From Thermodesulfobacteriota bacterium (GTDB lineage Bacteria > Desulfobacterota > Desulfobacteria > Desulfobacterales > C00003060), in assembly GCA_034189385.1 (NCBI GenBank), contig JAXHVD010000022.1:8005-72004 (forward strand): a DNA stretch of 64,000 bases. Reading direction: 5' to 3'. This document shows positions 50,203 to 59,454 of the stretch, piece by piece. Position 1 is the stretch's first letter, and every line of letters starts with the position of its first letter. The translations under genes were made by a program, and so were the position numbers. The notes under the pieces are model-generated. The model was not told the DNA's origin. It saw only the letters and a program-made list of their open reading frames with translations, and made no database searches.

Positions 50203-50500
50203 CGGGGTCAGGTCTAGAGAAACCTTGGCTTGCGGTTGTCCCTCTGGTACGCGGGGATCCTTACCATTTCGAGTTTTGTGGGCTTTTCCACTCTTTGTTT
50301 CAGGAAAATGTCCCTCGTCCGGGTGGTTAGAGATCAATAACTGTTGAACGAACGTTGCGAGTTTGCCAGTGTGGTCAGAGCGGTGCGGTGCCAGCTATTG
50401 GTTTGGGCCTCAGCCTAGCCCATGGAAGTAACCTTACGGCCACAAGCTCCGTCGGAAAGGGAAGCTTCACGGTCCACCTGCCTCGAGAGCCTCTCACAGA
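50189..50500 (+). pseudogene. Internally deleted sensor kinase remnant
   Basis: 5' part matches the start of 45533 (ATGTACT...TGGTACGCGGG); 3' part matches its end (GGTTTGGGCCT...GTCGG.AA.GG.AGC); about 1.1 kb missing. Confidence 0.85.
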
Positions 50501-50517
50501 CTGTCTCCATCTGAAGT

Positions 50518-50555
50518 ATTACCAAATGGTAATCTTCATGTAATCTTCTCGTTAA
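50518..50555 (+). promoter_or_regulatory. ATTAC-N6-GTAAT box with 11-bp-spaced repeats, copy 2
   Basis: ATTACCAAATGGTAAT-CTTCAT-GTAAT-CTTCTC-GTTAAT, upstream of the GT2/ArnT-like genes. Confidence 0.7.
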
Positions 50556-50707
50556 TTTGCTGTCGTATCTTCTCAGAACGGAAAATGAAGCTCGGCAAAC
50601 CTCCACATGTGTCTGTAGTGGGCACACCTGCTAACGTCGGTGTGTTTATTGCCTCGCTTTCCGGCAGCTTGGAAATTCCAAAGCTTCTATAAAGAGTACT
50701 GCAAAGG

Positions 50708-51775
50708 ATGGGGACAGTGGAACCCAGGTCTTCTAAGTCATCCAACACGGGCCGTTTAGAGTCGGTGGACCCTATTGCATTCCATAGGAACCCCTCTCTT
50801 TTGTCCGTTGTGGTGCCGGTCTATAACGAGCAGGAGGTGATCCGTGAATTCCATCATCGGCTTTCAGAAGTACTTGAAGGGCCTGACATTACGGCAGAAA
50901 TTGTCTATGTGAACGATGGAAGCACCGATGGCACACTGGATATTCTGTTGGCCCTGAACAGGGGGGATAACAATGTCCACGTAATCGATCTGACACGAAA
51001 TTTCGGCAAAGAGATCGCCATGACTGCCGGGCTGGATCATGCTGTGGGTGACGCGGTCGTCCTTATTGATGCCGACCTTCAGGATCCTCCGGAGATGATC
51101 CCTCACATGGTCAGAGAATGGCACAATGGGTATGATGTGGTTTACATGAAGCGGATCAGTCGCCGGGGTGAGTCGATGTTGAAAAAGGTGACAGCCCGGG
51201 CTTTTTACTGCTTTATGCACAAGGTCAGTCCTGTTGAAATACCCGTAAACGCAGGTGATTTTCGCCTGCTAAGTCGCCGTGCAGTAGATGCGTTGCGGCA
51301 GATGCCGGAGCGCAACCGTTTCATGAAAGGTCTATTTGCTTGGATAGGCTATCGGCAGAAGGAACTGGTTTACCACCGCGACCCCCGTTATGCGGGCCAT
51401 TCGAAGTGGAACTATTGGGCATTGTGGAACTTTGCTCTAGAGGGAATCACCTCGTTCACCGTATCGCCGTTGAAGGTGGCCAGTTATGTGGGGCTGCTTA
51501 CGGCAGCAGTCGCCTTTCTATATGGTCTGCTGGTGGTCCTCAAAACTCTTCTGCTGGGAGATCCGGTACCTGGTTATCCCAGCTTGATGGTAGTGATTCT
51601 CTTCCTAGGGGGCATTCAGTTGATGGCCACAGGCATCCTCGGTGAATACGTTGGACGGGTGTTCATGGAGACCAAGGGGCGACCGCTTTACTTAGTAAAG
51701 GGCCATTTCAGAAGCGCGTCGTCCCAACGTCCCATCAAGATCAGAGAAAAGGCGACCATGAATGTGGTTTCATAG
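50708..51775 (+). CDS. GT2 polyprenol-phosphate glycosyltransferase (GtrB/ArnC-like)
   Basis: SVVVPVYNE, VNDGSTD, RNFGKE, DADLQDPP and GDFRLL motifs; two C-terminal TMs. Confidence 0.93.
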   Translation: MGTVEPRSSKSSNTGRLESVDPIAFHRNPSLLSVVVPVYNEQEVIREFHHRLSEVLEGPDITAEIVYVNDGSTDGTLDILLALNRGDNNVHVIDLTRNFGKEIAMTAGLDHAVGDAVVLIDADLQDPPEMIPHMVREWHNGYDVVYMKRISRRGESMLKKVTARAFYCFMHKVSPVEIPVNAGDFRLLSRRAVDALRQMPERNRFMKGLFAWIGYRQKELVYHRDPRYAGHSKWNYWALWNFALEGITSFTVSPLKVASYVGLLTAAVAFLYGLLVVLKTLLLGDPVPGYPSLMVVILFLGGIQLMATGILGEYVGRVFMETKGRPLYLVKGHFRSASSQRPIKIREKATMNVVS

Positions 51776-53252
51776 TCAACTTACCACCTTTCAGAGAAAA
51801 TATCTTGGCCGTGTGTTGATATTTGTGGCTCTGGTCCGTCTGGTTACACTGGGTGCCTACCCCTTGGCAGACACCACTGAAGCACGATACGCTGAAATCG
51901 CCCGGGAGATGGTTGCAACGGGCAACTGGATCACCCCGCAAGTAGATGGCGGTGTGCCCTTTTGGGGGAAGCCCCCCCTGTCCATCTGGGCCGCCACCGC
52001 TTCTTTCAAAGCCTTTGGCATCAACGAATTCGGTGCCCGTTTCCCCAGCTTTGTTTTCGCGTTGATCGTGGCTTGGCTATGTTATCTCATGGCAGAGAGA
52101 CAGTATGGACACGAGCAGGGGTTACTTGCCGTTATGCTGCTTTCAACGCAGGCCATTTTTTTTGTGGTGGCTGGTTGCGTGATGACGGACCCTGCCCTTG
52201 TTCTTGGTACGACGCTGTCAATGGTCGGCTTTTGGCGGGGGCTGACCGAAACGGGGTTCGTCGGCCGTATGTGGGGTTACCTGTTCTTTGCAGGGATTGC
52301 CATCGGCTTGCTGGCTAAGGGCCCTGTCGCAGTCGTCCTTAGCCTCTTCCCCGTTGGTGTTTGGGTGGTGTGGAGGAATAGATGGGATAGCGTATGGAAA
52401 GGTCTTCCTTGGATAAGTGGATCACTGCTGGCTATTGCCATCAGTCTGCCCTGGTACCTGTTGGCAGAGGCAAGAACGCCGGGATTTCTGGAATATTTTC
52501 TGGTCGGAGAACACTGGAAACGATTTGTGGAAAGCGGTTGGACTGGGGATCTTTATGGGAACGCCCATTCACAGCCCCGTGGCACGATTTGGTTGTACTG
52601 GCTGTTGGCAGCTTTTCCGTGGTCCTTTGTGTTTGTCACGAGGCTGCTACGATTGGCACGGCATGGAGGGACATCAAATGGCATGTCATTCACTGACGAT
52701 CGGTCGGTTTACCTTCTTCTCTGGACGCTTACACCGATGATTTTTTTCACATTTGCCGGAAACATACTGTGGACCTACGTGTTGCCGGGGTTGCCGGCCT
52801 TTGCACTGTTGATGGCCGGGATGGTCCCTTCAGCCGTGGATGTGCGAATGGGGAAGGCTCTTGAATCAAAAGGGGGCGGCGCTATCATCCCTCTAGCGGG
52901 ATGGACGACGCCATTGGTCTTTGTTCTTGTGCTTTCATTGTCGGCTCTTGGTCTTATTTCAACAAAGAAGTGTCACAATCATCTCGTATCTCGATATGAA
53001 TGTGCACGGACAGAGAAAGCGAGTCAGCTCATTTATCTATTCAAAAGGCCTTATTCGGCACAATTTTACACTGGTGGTTTGGCCAAGAGGGTCACGACCT
53101 TGAGTGAGGCCGAGACGTTTCTAGACAATAAGACCCAAGACTTTTTTGCTGTGAAAAAGAGTCGGTTCCATAAACTGCCCGTTACCTTTCGCTTCAGACT
53201 AGAGAATTTAGGCGAATACGCTGGTTACTTGCTCTTACGTGAGCGCGTGTAG
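51762..53252 (+). CDS. ArnT-like (GT83/PMT_2) lipid-carrier-dependent glycosyltransferase
   Basis: EARYAEIAREM, PFWGKPPL, AKGP and YVLPGLP motifs; multi-TM. Confidence 0.92.
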   Translation: MWFHSQLTTFQRKYLGRVLIFVALVRLVTLGAYPLADTTEARYAEIAREMVATGNWITPQVDGGVPFWGKPPLSIWAATASFKAFGINEFGARFPSFVFALIVAWLCYLMAERQYGHEQGLLAVMLLSTQAIFFVVAGCVMTDPALVLGTTLSMVGFWRGLTETGFVGRMWGYLFFAGIAIGLLAKGPVAVVLSLFPVGVWVVWRNRWDSVWKGLPWISGSLLAIAISLPWYLLAEARTPGFLEYFLVGEHWKRFVESGWTGDLYGNAHSQPRGTIWLYWLLAAFPWSFVFVTRLLRLARHGGTSNGMSFTDDRSVYLLLWTLTPMIFFTFAGNILWTYVLPGLPAFALLMAGMVPSAVDVRMGKALESKGGGAIIPLAGWTTPLVFVLVLSLSALGLISTKKCHNHLVSRYECARTEKASQLIYLFKRPYSAQFYTGGLAKRVTTLSEAETFLDNKTQDFFAVKKSRFHKLPVTFRFRLENLGEYAGYLLLRERV

Positions 53253-53262
53253 TGTCAAGGTA

Positions 53263-53370
53263 GAGGGAATATCAGACTTGCAGCTTTTTGAGGAGGCCAA
53301 CCGAGTTTTGAGCAGTGGTCATGATAAGCGCTTTTTTGCCTTCATTCATACATCTGGAAACCATCGACCG
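53263..53370 (+). pseudogene. Fragment resembling LTA-synthase/sulfatase family
   Basis: EGISDLQLFEEANRVL...FFAFIHTSGNHRP resembles the internal D..LF...PFF....T..NH.P segment of that family (from recall). Confidence 0.55.
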
Positions 53371-53423
53371 CTAGGCAGCCTCGGCATGATCGCCCTCGGC
53401 ACCCTGGGATCCACACCCATGTT

Positions 53424-54089
53424 TCATTTCCATAGATCCTCGTAGAAATAGGTAAGACCTGCAAGGCCTCCGAATGCATTGAGCCCATCATTTCTGTTCG
53501 CAATACCTGCATTGGATATATGTTGAAATTGGGCTTCGGCATCGAAAGACCATTTCTCGTTGATCAGGTAATGACAACCCAAACTGCCCTCCAACGTGAA
53601 TTCAATGGCCTGTCCGATGACCGCCTGGGAATGATCCTTATAGGCATCGGTGTATACGATGCCTGCCCCCGCTTGGATATAGGGGACAAGCTTCCAGCCC
53701 GGCTGAACCAGGTTGTACCGTCCGAGGGCTGCCAGACCTCCAATATAGTTGCCAGGGCCTTTATAGATGATTGAGTTGGTAAGTTCCAATATGACCTCAA
53801 GGTTCCCTCTTAGGAGCGACCGTGAGTCGTCTGGGGAGTTCAACATGCGGCTGATGCGTAAGTCTGTCCTTGCATAGTCGAATGCAGGGTAGTGTTGGTC
53901 GGCAAGCAAAGTAGGAGAAAATAAGGCCCCTGAGACAAGTTGAACAGTTACGCGGCCTTTAGTGAACAACTTCGATTGCGGCGGCGTGTTTGGTTCATCG
54001 TTCGACTCTTTGTCGGCGATGGCCAAAGAGGGCAGAATCACAAGGGCTATGATAGAAAAGAGGAGAAGGGCTTTGGCTGGTGGGTTCAT
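53424..54089 (-). CDS. PagL-family lipid A 3-O-deacylase / acyloxyacyl hydrolase beta-barrel
   Basis: Signal peptide, PYIQAGAG, and the catalytic-type motif HISNAGI...NDGLN. Confidence 0.85.
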   Translation of the reverse strand: MNPPAKALLLFSIIALVILPSLAIADKESNDEPNTPPQSKLFTKGRVTVQLVSGALFSPTLLADQHYPAFDYARTDLRISRMLNSPDDSRSLLRGNLEVILELTNSIIYKGPGNYIGGLAALGRYNLVQPGWKLVPYIQAGAGIVYTDAYKDHSQAVIGQAIEFTLEGSLGCHYLINEKWSFDAEAQFQHISNAGIANRNDGLNAFGGLAGLTYFYEDLWK

Positions 54090-54195
54090 TTGAGCTCCTC
54101 CATAAACTGCCTACAGAAAAAACAAAGAGGTACCGGAGACATGGTTCAGACAGGTCTTCATTCGAGCATTGCCAGATGCTATGCCTCTTCCCCAG

Positions 54196-54309
54196 CGTTG
54201 CAAAAGTCGAGGATGCTCCAGGTCCAAGGCGACCAAGGGTGAGGCTGTACTAAGGTACGCCGAATCCTTGGCAACGCAGGAGATGGGGTGTACTCGGCTT
54301 TCCGAAAGG
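54196..54309. repeat. REP/MITE-like long hairpin element
   Basis: CCAAGGGT-GA-GGCTGTAC-[TAAG]-GTACGCC-GA-ATCCTTGG with outer AAAGTCGAG/CTCGGCTTT. Confidence 0.65.
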
Positions 54310-54432
54310 GTAAGAAATATGGCTGTTTTTTACCTGCCTGCTGGACATCACCAATAGTTGATTCCTCGGTGCCGCTCGTAACAACCGCATACGTAGGCCA
54401 TTGCTGTTTTTGAAGATTCTGTGCCATATTTC

Positions 54433-55962
54433 TTATGCAACATTGGGGTCTTCTCTGGTGAAATAGTCGGAGATAACACCCATGAAGGGATTATATTTTA
54501 TGGCATAGTGACGCATCCCCTTTCTTACAAAATGATGGGATATTTCTTTGTCCTCGTCCATGAGGTGAGGCTCTCGCTTTTCCCATTGTTCTGCATTCAA
54601 CGACAACATCTCATCTACTTTTTTCTTGTAGAACTCTGCCACAGGAAGATCTGAATAGGCGTTCACAAACCAAGGCATAGCGCTTCCCACCTTTTTCAGA
54701 AAAAGATTATGCTTCTCTCCAAAGTCAAGGCAAGAACTTTCTGTGAAGTTTTCCATTTGCTCCATTTTTTCGTAATCAATGTGACTGAATTTGGCGCTTA
54801 GTTCATTGGCCTTGGTCCCGGGGAAAGGGAAAAAGAACGACCAGCGATAACGGCCAGGTTTGGCTTGTGCCATGAGTCCAATTGTAGCCATGACATCCTC
54901 ATAGGTCTCGCCAGGAAGCCCGATCATCAGAAAGACGGAGGTATGCAGGCCAAAGGCATGGGCAGTCTCTATGGATTTCACAATCTTCTCGTTTGTCATG
55001 TGGCGGTTTAGAATCTGGCGACGAATTCTAGCACTGCCGCTTTCTACCCCGAACTTGACAATCTTACAATTGGCTTGAGACAGTGCCCGTGCACGTTCCG
55101 TGTCAAAAAAACCCACATGAGCGTTTACCACAAAAGGGATGGAACAGAGTTGTCTATAGGCCTGACAAAAGGCTGATACGTACGGTCGATAAAAAGTGAA
55201 AAGGTCGTCATCAAAGATAAACATCTTGATATTCTTATAATGGGCAAGAAGATACTCAATTTCAGCAATCATCTGTTGAACGTCGAAATGTCTTATATAG
55301 TTGAGTTCCTTAAAGCTACACTGCAAATCTCTACGATAATGCTTTACCATCTGGTGGTTGAAGCAGTAAGTGCAGGAAAAGGGACATCCCCGCGAGCCCA
55401 TCAAGCCAACCCAACCATTTTTGGCATCAATGATTTTCTGAAAGTCGAAAATATCATAGTCCTTGGGAGGTAACTCTTTAAGTTCTGGTAGGGGGCGCAC
55501 CGGATTAATGCAAATCTTGCCGTTTTGGACATATCCCAGATTTCGCACCTGTGCCACATCTTCTTGTCTGGAGAGTTTTTCTACAAATTCCAGGAAGGCC
55601 TCCTCTGCCTCTCCTCGAATAATATAGTCAAATGCCCTTGTTTGAAGAATCTCTTCTGGCGCCGCCAAGGTATGAATGCCCCCACATACCAAGGGGGCAG
55701 AAGTGGCTTCACGGGCCCACTCAGCAAGCTGTCGGGCATAAGTCCATTGATTCGTCACCACAGAAAAGCCCACCACGTCCGGAGCGATTTCCTTTATTCG
55801 GGCGATGAATTCTGCCTTGGAAGGCAGTGCTGCTAGGTCTTCACATAGTTGCCACAAATCCACCGCGTGCCCGGCTTTTTTGAGCACCGCAGACATATGG
55901 GCAATGCCGTAGGCAAATCCTAGCTGCGAGTTAGCGTTAGGATAGATGAAAAGGATTTTCAT
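54433..55962 (-). CDS. B12-binding-domain radical SAM protein, copy 1
   Basis: N-terminal cobalamin-binding domain (GGIHT, RGEAE); SRGCPFSCTYC, DDLF, GVESGS and IGLPGET motifs. Confidence 0.93.
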   Translation of the reverse strand: MKILFIYPNANSQLGFAYGIAHMSAVLKKAGHAVDLWQLCEDLAALPSKAEFIARIKEIAPDVVGFSVVTNQWTYARQLAEWAREATSAPLVCGGIHTLAAPEEILQTRAFDYIIRGEAEEAFLEFVEKLSRQEDVAQVRNLGYVQNGKICINPVRPLPELKELPPKDYDIFDFQKIIDAKNGWVGLMGSRGCPFSCTYCFNHQMVKHYRRDLQCSFKELNYIRHFDVQQMIAEIEYLLAHYKNIKMFIFDDDLFTFYRPYVSAFCQAYRQLCSIPFVVNAHVGFFDTERARALSQANCKIVKFGVESGSARIRRQILNRHMTNEKIVKSIETAHAFGLHTSVFLMIGLPGETYEDVMATIGLMAQAKPGRYRWSFFFPFPGTKANELSAKFSHIDYEKMEQMENFTESSCLDFGEKHNLFLKKVGSAMPWFVNAYSDLPVAEFYKKKVDEMLSLNAEQWEKREPHLMDEDKEISHHFVRKGMRHYAIKYNPFMGVISDYFTREDPNVA

Positions 55963-56034
55963 GTGTTATATGGCACCTTGCGTCTAACCCCTTGCTGAAA
56001 AGAGGGGCCTCCACTCTGATAAAAGGCTGCACTT

Positions 56035-56141
56035 CTAACAGGCACAGGAAGGAGCCCCAGCAGGGGGATGAACATAAGTCCTCCTTGCATGCTCAATACG
56101 GGTAATAATATCTTCTACATCAATGGACGAAGGATTTGTAA
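56035..56141 (-). pseudogene. Duplicated 3' fragment of the GT9-like gene 57922-59451
   Basis: Encodes LTNPSSIDVEDIITRIEHARRTYVHPPAGAPSCAC, identical to that gene's C-terminus. Confidence 0.9.
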
Positions 56142-56319
56142 GTACGCCGAATCCTTGGCAACGCAGGAGATGGGGTGTACTCGGCTTTCCGAAAGGGTAA
56201 GAAATATGGCTGTTTTTTACCTGCCTGCTGGACATCACCAATAGTTGATTCCTCGGTGCCGCTCGTAACAACCGCATACGTAGGCCATTGCTGTTTTTGA
56301 AGATTCTGTGCCATATTTC

Positions 56320-57849
56320 TTATGCAACATTGGGGTCTTCTCTGGTGAAATAGTCGGAGATAACACCCATGAAGGGATTATATTTTATGGCATAGTGACG
56401 CATCCCCTTTCTTACAAAATGATGGGATATTTCTTTGTCCTCGTCCATGAGGTGAGGCTCTCGCTTTTCCCATTGTTCTGCATTCAACGACAACATCTCA
56501 TCTACTTTTTTCTTGTAGAACTCTGCCACAGGAAGATCTGAATAGGCGTTCACAAACCAAGGCATAGCGCTTCCCACCTTTTTCAGAAAAAGATTATGCT
56601 TCTCTCCAAAGTCAAGGCAAGAACTTTCTGTGAAGTTTTCCATTTGCTCCATTTTTTCGTAATCAATGTGACTGAATTTGGCGCTTAGTTCATTGGCCTT
56701 GGTCCCGGGGAAAGGGAAAAAGAACGACCAGCGATAACGGCCAGGTTTGGCTTGTGCCATGAGTCCAATTGTAGCCATGACATCCTCATAGGTCTCGCCA
56801 GGAAGCCCGATCATCAGAAAGACGGAGGTATGCAGGCCAAAGGCATGGGCAGTCTCTATGGATTTCACAATCTTCTCGTTTGTCATGTGGCGGTTTAGAA
56901 TCTGGCGACGAATTCTAGCACTGCCGCTTTCTACCCCGAACTTGACAATCTTACAATTGGCTTGAGACAGTGCCCGTGCACGTTCCGTGTCAAAAAAACC
57001 CACATGAGCGTTTACCACAAAAGGGATGGAACAGAGTTGTCTATAGGCCTGACAAAAGGCTGATACGTACGGTCGATAAAAAGTGAAAAGGTCGTCATCA
57101 AAGATAAACATCTTGATATTCTTATAATGGGCAAGAAGATACTCAATTTCAGCAATCATCTGTTGAACGTCGAAATGTCTTATATAGTTGAGTTCCTTAA
57201 AGCTACACTGCAAATCTCTACGATAATGCTTTACCATCTGGTGGTTGAAGCAGTAAGTGCAGGAAAAGGGACATCCCCGCGAGCCCATCAAGCCAACCCA
57301 ACCATTTTTGGCATCAATGATTTTCTGAAAGTCGAAAATATCATAGTCCTTGGGAGGTAACTCTTTAAGTTCTGGTAGGGGGCGCACCGGATTAATGCAA
57401 ATCTTGCCGTTTTGGACATATCCCAGATTTCGCACCTGTGCCACATCTTCTTGTCTGGAGAGTTTTTCTACAAATTCCAGGAAGGCCTCCTCTGCCTCTC
57501 CTCGAATAATATAGTCAAATGCCCTTGTTTGAAGAATCTCTTCTGGCGCCGCCAAGGTATGAATGCCCCCACATACCAAGGGGGCAGAAGTGGCTTCACG
57601 GGCCCACTCAGCAAGCTGTCGGGCATAAGTCCATTGATTCGTCACCACAGAAAAGCCCACCACGTCCGGAGCGATTTCCTTTATTCGGGCGATGAATTCT
57701 GCCTTGGAAGGCAGTGCTGCTAGGTCTTCACATAGTTGCCACAAATCCACCGCGTGCCCGGCTTTTTTGAGCACCGCAGACATATGGGCAATGCCGTAGG
57801 CAAATCCTAGCTGCGAGTTAGCGTTAGGATAGATGAAAAGGATTTTCAT
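56320..57849 (-). CDS. B12-binding-domain radical SAM protein, copy 2
   Basis: Identical translation to 54433-55962. Confidence 0.93.
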   Translation of the reverse strand: MKILFIYPNANSQLGFAYGIAHMSAVLKKAGHAVDLWQLCEDLAALPSKAEFIARIKEIAPDVVGFSVVTNQWTYARQLAEWAREATSAPLVCGGIHTLAAPEEILQTRAFDYIIRGEAEEAFLEFVEKLSRQEDVAQVRNLGYVQNGKICINPVRPLPELKELPPKDYDIFDFQKIIDAKNGWVGLMGSRGCPFSCTYCFNHQMVKHYRRDLQCSFKELNYIRHFDVQQMIAEIEYLLAHYKNIKMFIFDDDLFTFYRPYVSAFCQAYRQLCSIPFVVNAHVGFFDTERARALSQANCKIVKFGVESGSARIRRQILNRHMTNEKIVKSIETAHAFGLHTSVFLMIGLPGETYEDVMATIGLMAQAKPGRYRWSFFFPFPGTKANELSAKFSHIDYEKMEQMENFTESSCLDFGEKHNLFLKKVGSAMPWFVNAYSDLPVAEFYKKKVDEMLSLNAEQWEKREPHLMDEDKEISHHFVRKGMRHYAIKYNPFMGVISDYFTREDPNVA

Positions 57850-57921
57850 GTGTTATATGGCACCTTGCGTCTAACCCCTTGCTGAAAAGAGGGGCCTCCA
57901 CTCTGATAAAAGGCTGCACTT

Positions 57922-59451
57922 CTAACAGGCACAGGAAGGAGCCCCAGCAGGGGGATGAACATAAGTCCTCCTTGCATGCTCAATACGGGTAATAATATCT
58001 TCTACATCAATGGACGAAGGATTTGTAAGGGTGTCTACGTGCACAATACGGCAACTCCTGCGGCCATAGGCACTCCAACGGCGGATAAAACGCATGTTGT
58101 TAGAACCTGCAAAGATGGTCAAGCACGGCGTTTCTAAAGCCGCCGCAATATGTTGGCAGGCGGAGTCATACCCTATAAATTCGTCACTATTTGCTATGAG
58201 CGCTGCGATTTCTCCCATTCTGGTCTGGACCCCAATAACCCCCCAGGCCATTTCTTCAATGTCCGACGCGTTAAACGCCCCATGTGATACTGGATATCCA
58301 TGCCGATTGATCGCCTCCAGGAGGATGTTTGTGTAAGCGTGTTCTTCGTCACCAAACCCTTTGTCTAGGAGTATTACTGTGTTTGGCTCCTGCAAGAGGG
58401 TTAACAGGAGTTTTCCCTCCAAAGGTTTTCCTACTCTCTTACGGGGATTGCCACCGACGCCGAAGTTGACAGCAATGATCCTACGGGCGCCGTGGTGCCG
58501 AATGCGCTGGCAAAGGGGTTCGGCAATGGCCAGGTAGGACTGGGGTAGCCATACTTTAGGATAACAGAAGCTTTCTTTGCCAAGCAGTTTGTCTAGCCAC
58601 GAATTCGTGAGTTCCGCCATGGACATATTGCTGTCAAAGGAGGTATCAGAGCGACTATCAAAGAAGAAGTAGCGGTGAAGGGGAATCAACGGCAGGATGC
58701 CCAGCTGAGAAAGGCGGGAATCAGGATCAACAAGGACGGTCTCTTCCAGAGGGCAAGAAGCTGTCTCCTCTTGGATAATTCTTAGCACCTGATGCCACAC
58801 GGACAGGCGGGACAGGAGTCCGCCTCTCTTGGAATAGGCGACTTCTCGTATCCCTATTCTGGGATTTCCGCCATAGACTTCTCCCATCTTCTTGTCGCCA
58901 ATAAGGATCAGTTCGGCGTTAGGAAAGATCTTGGCGAGGCGCTGAATGATGATGCTAGTGATGGCCACATCTGCGCCCACGGTCACCCGAGAGAGGAGCA
59001 AAATCTTTTTTACGGATTTTTCAGCCGTTAAAGAATTGTCATTAGCACGCACCTTCTTGATACGTTCAAGAAGGTGCTCAGAAGAATCGATTTTAAAGCC
59101 CTTTAAGGTGAGATCAAGGTCTTTGCCTGCTGGAATCCCTCGGCAATATGAAATGACCTGTGCCATCACCCTATTGTACGTGTCTGTCTGCAATTCCTCA
59201 AAATCGTCACAAAGCGTCTCTACGATGATCCCAAAAAGTGCCTGCGCCCCGGGGCTGTCAAGTCGCGGATTCTGTGAAAAGGTCGTCATCTCACAGAGCA
59301 GATCAATGTACCCTGCTTCATAACGACAATCCTTTAGATAATAATCTAAGAAGGAGTAGGCGATTTGACGCGCCAATCGTCCCAATTCTTCCTGGTCGGG
59401 GGGGCGCCGCTTTAAGGCAGACCATTTATCTCTGTAAAAAGAGGTCGTCAT
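57922..59451 (-). CDS. Divergent GT9-like glycosyltransferase with a ~145-aa N-terminal extension
   Basis: KILLLSRVTVGADV start of the GT-B fold; FIGYDSACQHIAAALETPCLTIF, a variant of the GT9 D-S-G-x-x-H motif. Confidence 0.75.
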   Translation of the reverse strand: MTTSFYRDKWSALKRRPPDQEELGRLARQIAYSFLDYYLKDCRYEAGYIDLLCEMTTFSQNPRLDSPGAQALFGIIVETLCDDFEELQTDTYNRVMAQVISYCRGIPAGKDLDLTLKGFKIDSSEHLLERIKKVRANDNSLTAEKSVKKILLLSRVTVGADVAITSIIIQRLAKIFPNAELILIGDKKMGEVYGGNPRIGIREVAYSKRGGLLSRLSVWHQVLRIIQEETASCPLEETVLVDPDSRLSQLGILPLIPLHRYFFFDSRSDTSFDSNMSMAELTNSWLDKLLGKESFCYPKVWLPQSYLAIAEPLCQRIRHHGARRIIAVNFGVGGNPRKRVGKPLEGKLLLTLLQEPNTVILLDKGFGDEEHAYTNILLEAINRHGYPVSHGAFNASDIEEMAWGVIGVQTRMGEIAALIANSDEFIGYDSACQHIAAALETPCLTIFAGSNNMRFIRRWSAYGRRSCRIVHVDTLTNPSSIDVEDIITRIEHARRTYVHPPAGAPSCAC

Positions 59452-59454
59452 GGA

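Larger units (their letters stand above)
54255..58028. repeat. Tandem duplication, 2 x 1887 bp (54255-56141, 56142-58028)
   Basis: All ORFs recur at a +1887 offset with identical translations; no differences seen by eye. Confidence 0.97.

Noticed and set aside
56035..56314. 80-aa and 64-aa ORFs at the duplication junction as new genes
   Set aside because: By-products of the junction joining non-coding sequence to the GT9 tail.
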